DNA of 64,000 nucleotides from Moellerella wisconsensis ATCC 35017 (GTDB lineage Bacteria; Pseudomonadota; Gammaproteobacteria; Enterobacterales; Enterobacteriaceae), in NCBI RefSeq assembly GCF_001294465.1, contig NZ_LGAA01000006.1, positions 106,950 to 170,949 on the forward strand, read 5' to 3'. The notes beneath the pieces are model-generated. The model made no database searches and was not told where the DNA came from. It worked only from the letters and a program-made list of their open reading frames with translations. Position 1 is the stretch's first letter, and each line of letters begins with the position of its first letter. The translations under genes were made by a program, and so were the position numbers. Shown here in pieces: positions 61,257-64,000 of the stretch.

Positions 61257-61676
61257 ATGAAAAAGGGTATTTTATTAAATGCGGAGATATCCGCCGTAAT
61301 TGCGCATATGGGTCACACAGATCACATTACTATCGCCGATGCGGGATTGCCTATTCCTCATGGGTCACAACGTATTGATGTCGCCATTACTCACGGACTT
61401 CCAGGATTTATGCCTGTATTTTCTGCGATAACTGATGAACTGTATGTTGAAAAAGCAATACTGGCAGAAGAGATAACGCAATTAAATCCTGATGTTGAGC
61501 ATGCAATCTTAGCGAGATTAAAGGCGTTAGAAATTCAGCAAAATAATAAAATTGAAATTATTTATTGCAGTCATCAAGCCTTAAAACAGATGACCAAAGA
61601 GAGTAAAGCGATTGTAAGAACCGGCGAATGTACTCCGTACGCCAATATTATTCTCTGCTCCGGCGTAACCTTCTGA
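61257..61676 (+). CDS. rbsD: D-ribose pyranase.
   Basis: [34 protein letters not shown]... 139 aa. Confidence 0.95.
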   Translation: MKKGILLNAEISAVIAHMGHTDHITIADAGLPIPHGSQRIDVAITHGLPGFMPVFSAITDELYVEKAILAEEITQLNPDVEHAILARLKALEIQQNNKIEIIYCSHQALKQMTKESKAIVRTGECTPYANIILCSGVTF

Positions 61677-61677
61677 G

Positions 61678-63198
61678 GTGAATATGCAGCCTTTATTAGC
61701 GCTTACAGGCATTGATAAGTCTTTTCCCGGCGTTAAAGCGTTATCCGGCGCTACATTAAATGTTTATCCCGGCCGAGTTATGGCGCTGGTGGGTGAAAAT
61801 GGTGCCGGTAAATCAACAATGATGAAAGTGCTTACTGGTATTTATCCTAAAGATGCGGGAACTATCACTTATTTAGGCCACGAAGTGGCTTTTCAAGGAC
61901 CGAAAAGTTCACAAGAAGCGGGTATCGGTATTATTCATCAAGAATTAAATTTAATTCCCGAGCTTACTATTGCAGAAAATATTTTTCTCGGTCGTGAGTT
62001 CGTGCGCAGTTTTGGACTGATTGATTGGAAAAAGATGTTTAGCCAAGCTGACAGCCTACTTCAGCGACTTAACCTGCGTTATGACAGCCACAGTTTAATT
62101 AGCGATCTCTCTATTGGTGAACAACAGATGGTTGAAATTGCTAAGGTTCTTAGTTTTGAATCCAAAGTTATTATTATGGATGAACCTACCGACGCATTAA
62201 CCGATACAGAAACAGCCTCATTATTTAACGTGATTAACGAGCTGAAATCTCAAGGATGCGGAATTGTTTATATTTCTCATCGATTAAAAGAGATTTTTGA
62301 GATTTGTGATGATGTGACGGTGTTCCGTGATGGGCAATTTATTGCCGAGAAACCAGTTAGCGAACTGCAAGAAGAGACGCTGATAGAGATGATGGTTGGA
62401 CGTAAATTAGAAGATCAATATCCACGGATTAACGTACCTGTTGGTAAGCTGCGATTACAAGTTACTGATATCTCTGGTCCTGGTGTAACTCATGCCAGTT
62501 TTGAGCTTAAAAGCGGTGAAATCCTAGGAATTTCAGGATTGATGGGCGCTGGGCGCAGTGAATTAATGAAAATTATTTATGGCGCAGCCAAGAAAACGAC
62601 CGGGGAAATCAAGCTGAATGGTAAAAGTTTAAGTTTAGGGACTCCTCAAGATGGGCTTAATAATGGCATCGTATATATTTCTGAAGATCGAAAACGTGAT
62701 GGCTTAGTGCTAGGAATGTCGGTTAAAGAGAATATGTCATTGACAGCATTACGTTATTTTAGTCGCTCTGGGGGAACATTAAACCACAAGGAAGAGCAGC
62801 AAACCGTGGGTGATTTTATCCGTTTATTTAATATTAAAACGCCATCGATGGATCAGACAATCGGTAATCTTTCCGGTGGGAACCAACAAAAGGTGGCGAT
62901 TGCTCGAGGATTAATGACACGTCCTAAGGTGCTGATTTTAGATGAGCCTACTCGTGGTGTAGATGTTGGTGCGAAAAAAGAAATTTATCAGCTGATTAAT
63001 CAATTCAAACAAGAAGGGCTGAGTATTATTCTCGTGTCTTCTGAAATGCCAGAGGTTATGGGAATGAGTGATCGAATTTTGGTTATGCATGAAGGCCATA
63101 TCAGTGGTGAGTTTGATGCAAAACAGGCCACTCAGGAAGCGTTAATGGCTGCCGCGGTGGGTAAAAAATACGACTCAGTTCAGGAGTTATCATTATGA
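61678..63198 (+). CDS. rbsA: Ribose ABC transporter ATP-binding protein (duplicated ABC ATPase).
   Basis: It has two Walker A motifs ([18 protein letters not shown]) and two LSGG signature motifs. Confidence 0.95.
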   Translation: MNMQPLLALTGIDKSFPGVKALSGATLNVYPGRVMALVGENGAGKSTMMKVLTGIYPKDAGTITYLGHEVAFQGPKSSQEAGIGIIHQELNLIPELTIAENIFLGREFVRSFGLIDWKKMFSQADSLLQRLNLRYDSHSLISDLSIGEQQMVEIAKVLSFESKVIIMDEPTDALTDTETASLFNVINELKSQGCGIVYISHRLKEIFEICDDVTVFRDGQFIAEKPVSELQEETLIEMMVGRKLEDQYPRINVPVGKLRLQVTDISGPGVTHASFELKSGEILGISGLMGAGRSELMKIIYGAAKKTTGEIKLNGKSLSLGTPQDGLNNGIVYISEDRKRDGLVLGMSVKENMSLTALRYFSRSGGTLNHKEEQQTVGDFIRLFNIKTPSMDQTIGNLSGGNQQKVAIARGLMTRPKVLILDEPTRGVDVGAKKEIYQLINQFKQEGLSIILVSSEMPEVMGMSDRILVMHEGHISGEFDAKQATQEALMAAAVGKKYDSVQELSL

Positions 63199-64000
63199 GT
63201 TCAAATAGCGGGACAGCCTCTAAACGTTGGTTTACAAAAGAATGGCTGATGGAACAAAAATCATTAATCGCTTTATGCGTATTAATTGCTGTGGTTTCTT
63301 CTCTGAGCCCTAACTTTTTTACTGTGAATAACCTGTTTAATATTCTCCAGCAAACGTCAGTCAACGCTATTATGGCGGTGGGTATGACGTTAGTTATTTT
63401 AACTTCAGGGATTGATTTATCTGTTGGTTCTTTGCTGGCTCTAACCGGTGCTGTGGCCGCTTCAATGGTCGATGCTGATGTTAATGCGCTGGTGGCGGTT
63501 GCTGGTGCCTTGGCATTAGGGGCGGGAATTGGTGCCTGTACAGGGATTATCGTTGCTAAAGGTAAAGTGCAGGCATTTATCGCCACGTTAGTGATGATGC
63601 TGTTATTGCGTGGGGTAACGCGTGTCTATACGGATGGTAGCCCAATAAATACCGGCTTTAGTGATAATGCCGATTTATTTGGTTGGTTTGGAATTGGGCG
63701 TCCTTTGGGTATTCCGACCCCGATATGGATCATGCTGCTGGTGTTTATTGCCGCATGGTATTTGCTGCACCATACTCGTTTAGGTCGTTATATTTACGCA
63801 TTGGGGGGCAATGAATCTGCGACTCGATTATCCGGTATTAATGTCGATCGAATTAAAATTATTGTTTATGCCCTGTGCGGTTTATTAGCGGCGCTGGCCA
63901 GTATTATAGAAGTGGCTCGTTTATCCTCTGCACAACCTATGGCAGGTAATGGCTACGAGTTAGATGCTATTGCAGCCGTAGTTCTCGGTGGGACGAGTTT
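63195..64000 (+). CDS. rbsC: Ribose ABC transporter permease (3' end lies outside the window).
   Basis: [27 protein letters not shown]... is near-identical to E. coli RbsC. Its ATG overlaps the rbsA stop codon (ATGA). Confidence 0.93.
   Translation, partial: MSSNSGTASKRWFTKEWLMEQKSLIALCVLIAVVSSLSPNFFTVNNLFNILQQTSVNAIMAVGMTLVILTSGIDLSVGSLLALTGAVAASMVDADVNALVAVAGALALGAGIGACTGIIVAKGKVQAFIATLVMMLLLRGVTRVYTDGSPINTGFSDNADLFGWFGIGRPLGIPTPIWIMLLVFIAAWYLLHHTRLGRYIYALGGNESATRLSGINVDRIKIIVYALCGLLAALASIIEVARLSSAQPMAGNGYELDAIAAVVLGGTS

Noticed and set aside
61196-61378. 60-aa ORF overlapping the rbsD promoter and 5' end.
   Set aside because: It is out of frame with rbsD and covers the RbsR operators. 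There is no Shine-Dalgarno and no conservation signal.

Overview
This window is the chromosomal replication-origin region of an AT-rich Enterobacterales genome, with Morganellaceae-like gene content and E. coli-like synteny. Conserved core blocks are rpmH-rnpA-yidD-yidC-mnmE (minus strand), dnaA-dnaN-recF-gyrB (plus strand), glmUS and the full atpIBEFHAGDC operon. They continue with rsmG-mnmG, an oriC between mnmG and mioC carrying DnaA boxes and GATC-containing 13-mers, then mioC, asnC/asnA, viaA-ravA and rbsDAC, where rbsC runs off the 3' end. Three accessory insertions interrupt this backbone.

1. Downstream of mnmE there is a tandemly duplicated heme-piracy locus of the type XI secretion (Slam/DUF560) kind. 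Each copy has a TonB-dependent receptor and a secreted hemophilin/TbpB-handle-like protein. The first copy's Slam gene has decayed to a remnant; the second copy keeps an intact Slam and is followed by a TonB paralog.

2. An E. coli-like lacI-lacZ-lacY cassette with a recognisable O1 operator sits between gyrB and asd. Next to it are a Zur-boxed ykgO (L36 paralog) and nagK.

3. A four-gene putative operon encodes an NfeD-like YqiJ, an extended flotillin YqiK, a 1650-aa protein of unknown function with a C-terminal dynein/MoxR-like AAA+ module, and a minimal 6-TM rhomboid protease. I consider this the best candidate for an undescribed system. It is followed by a CsgG-like/DUF4810/DUF799 (GNA1162-type) lipoprotein operon.

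No tRNA or rRNA genes, CRISPR arrays, transposases or integrases were seen. Everything here is inferred from reading the sequence and from remembered family motifs; no database search was run.
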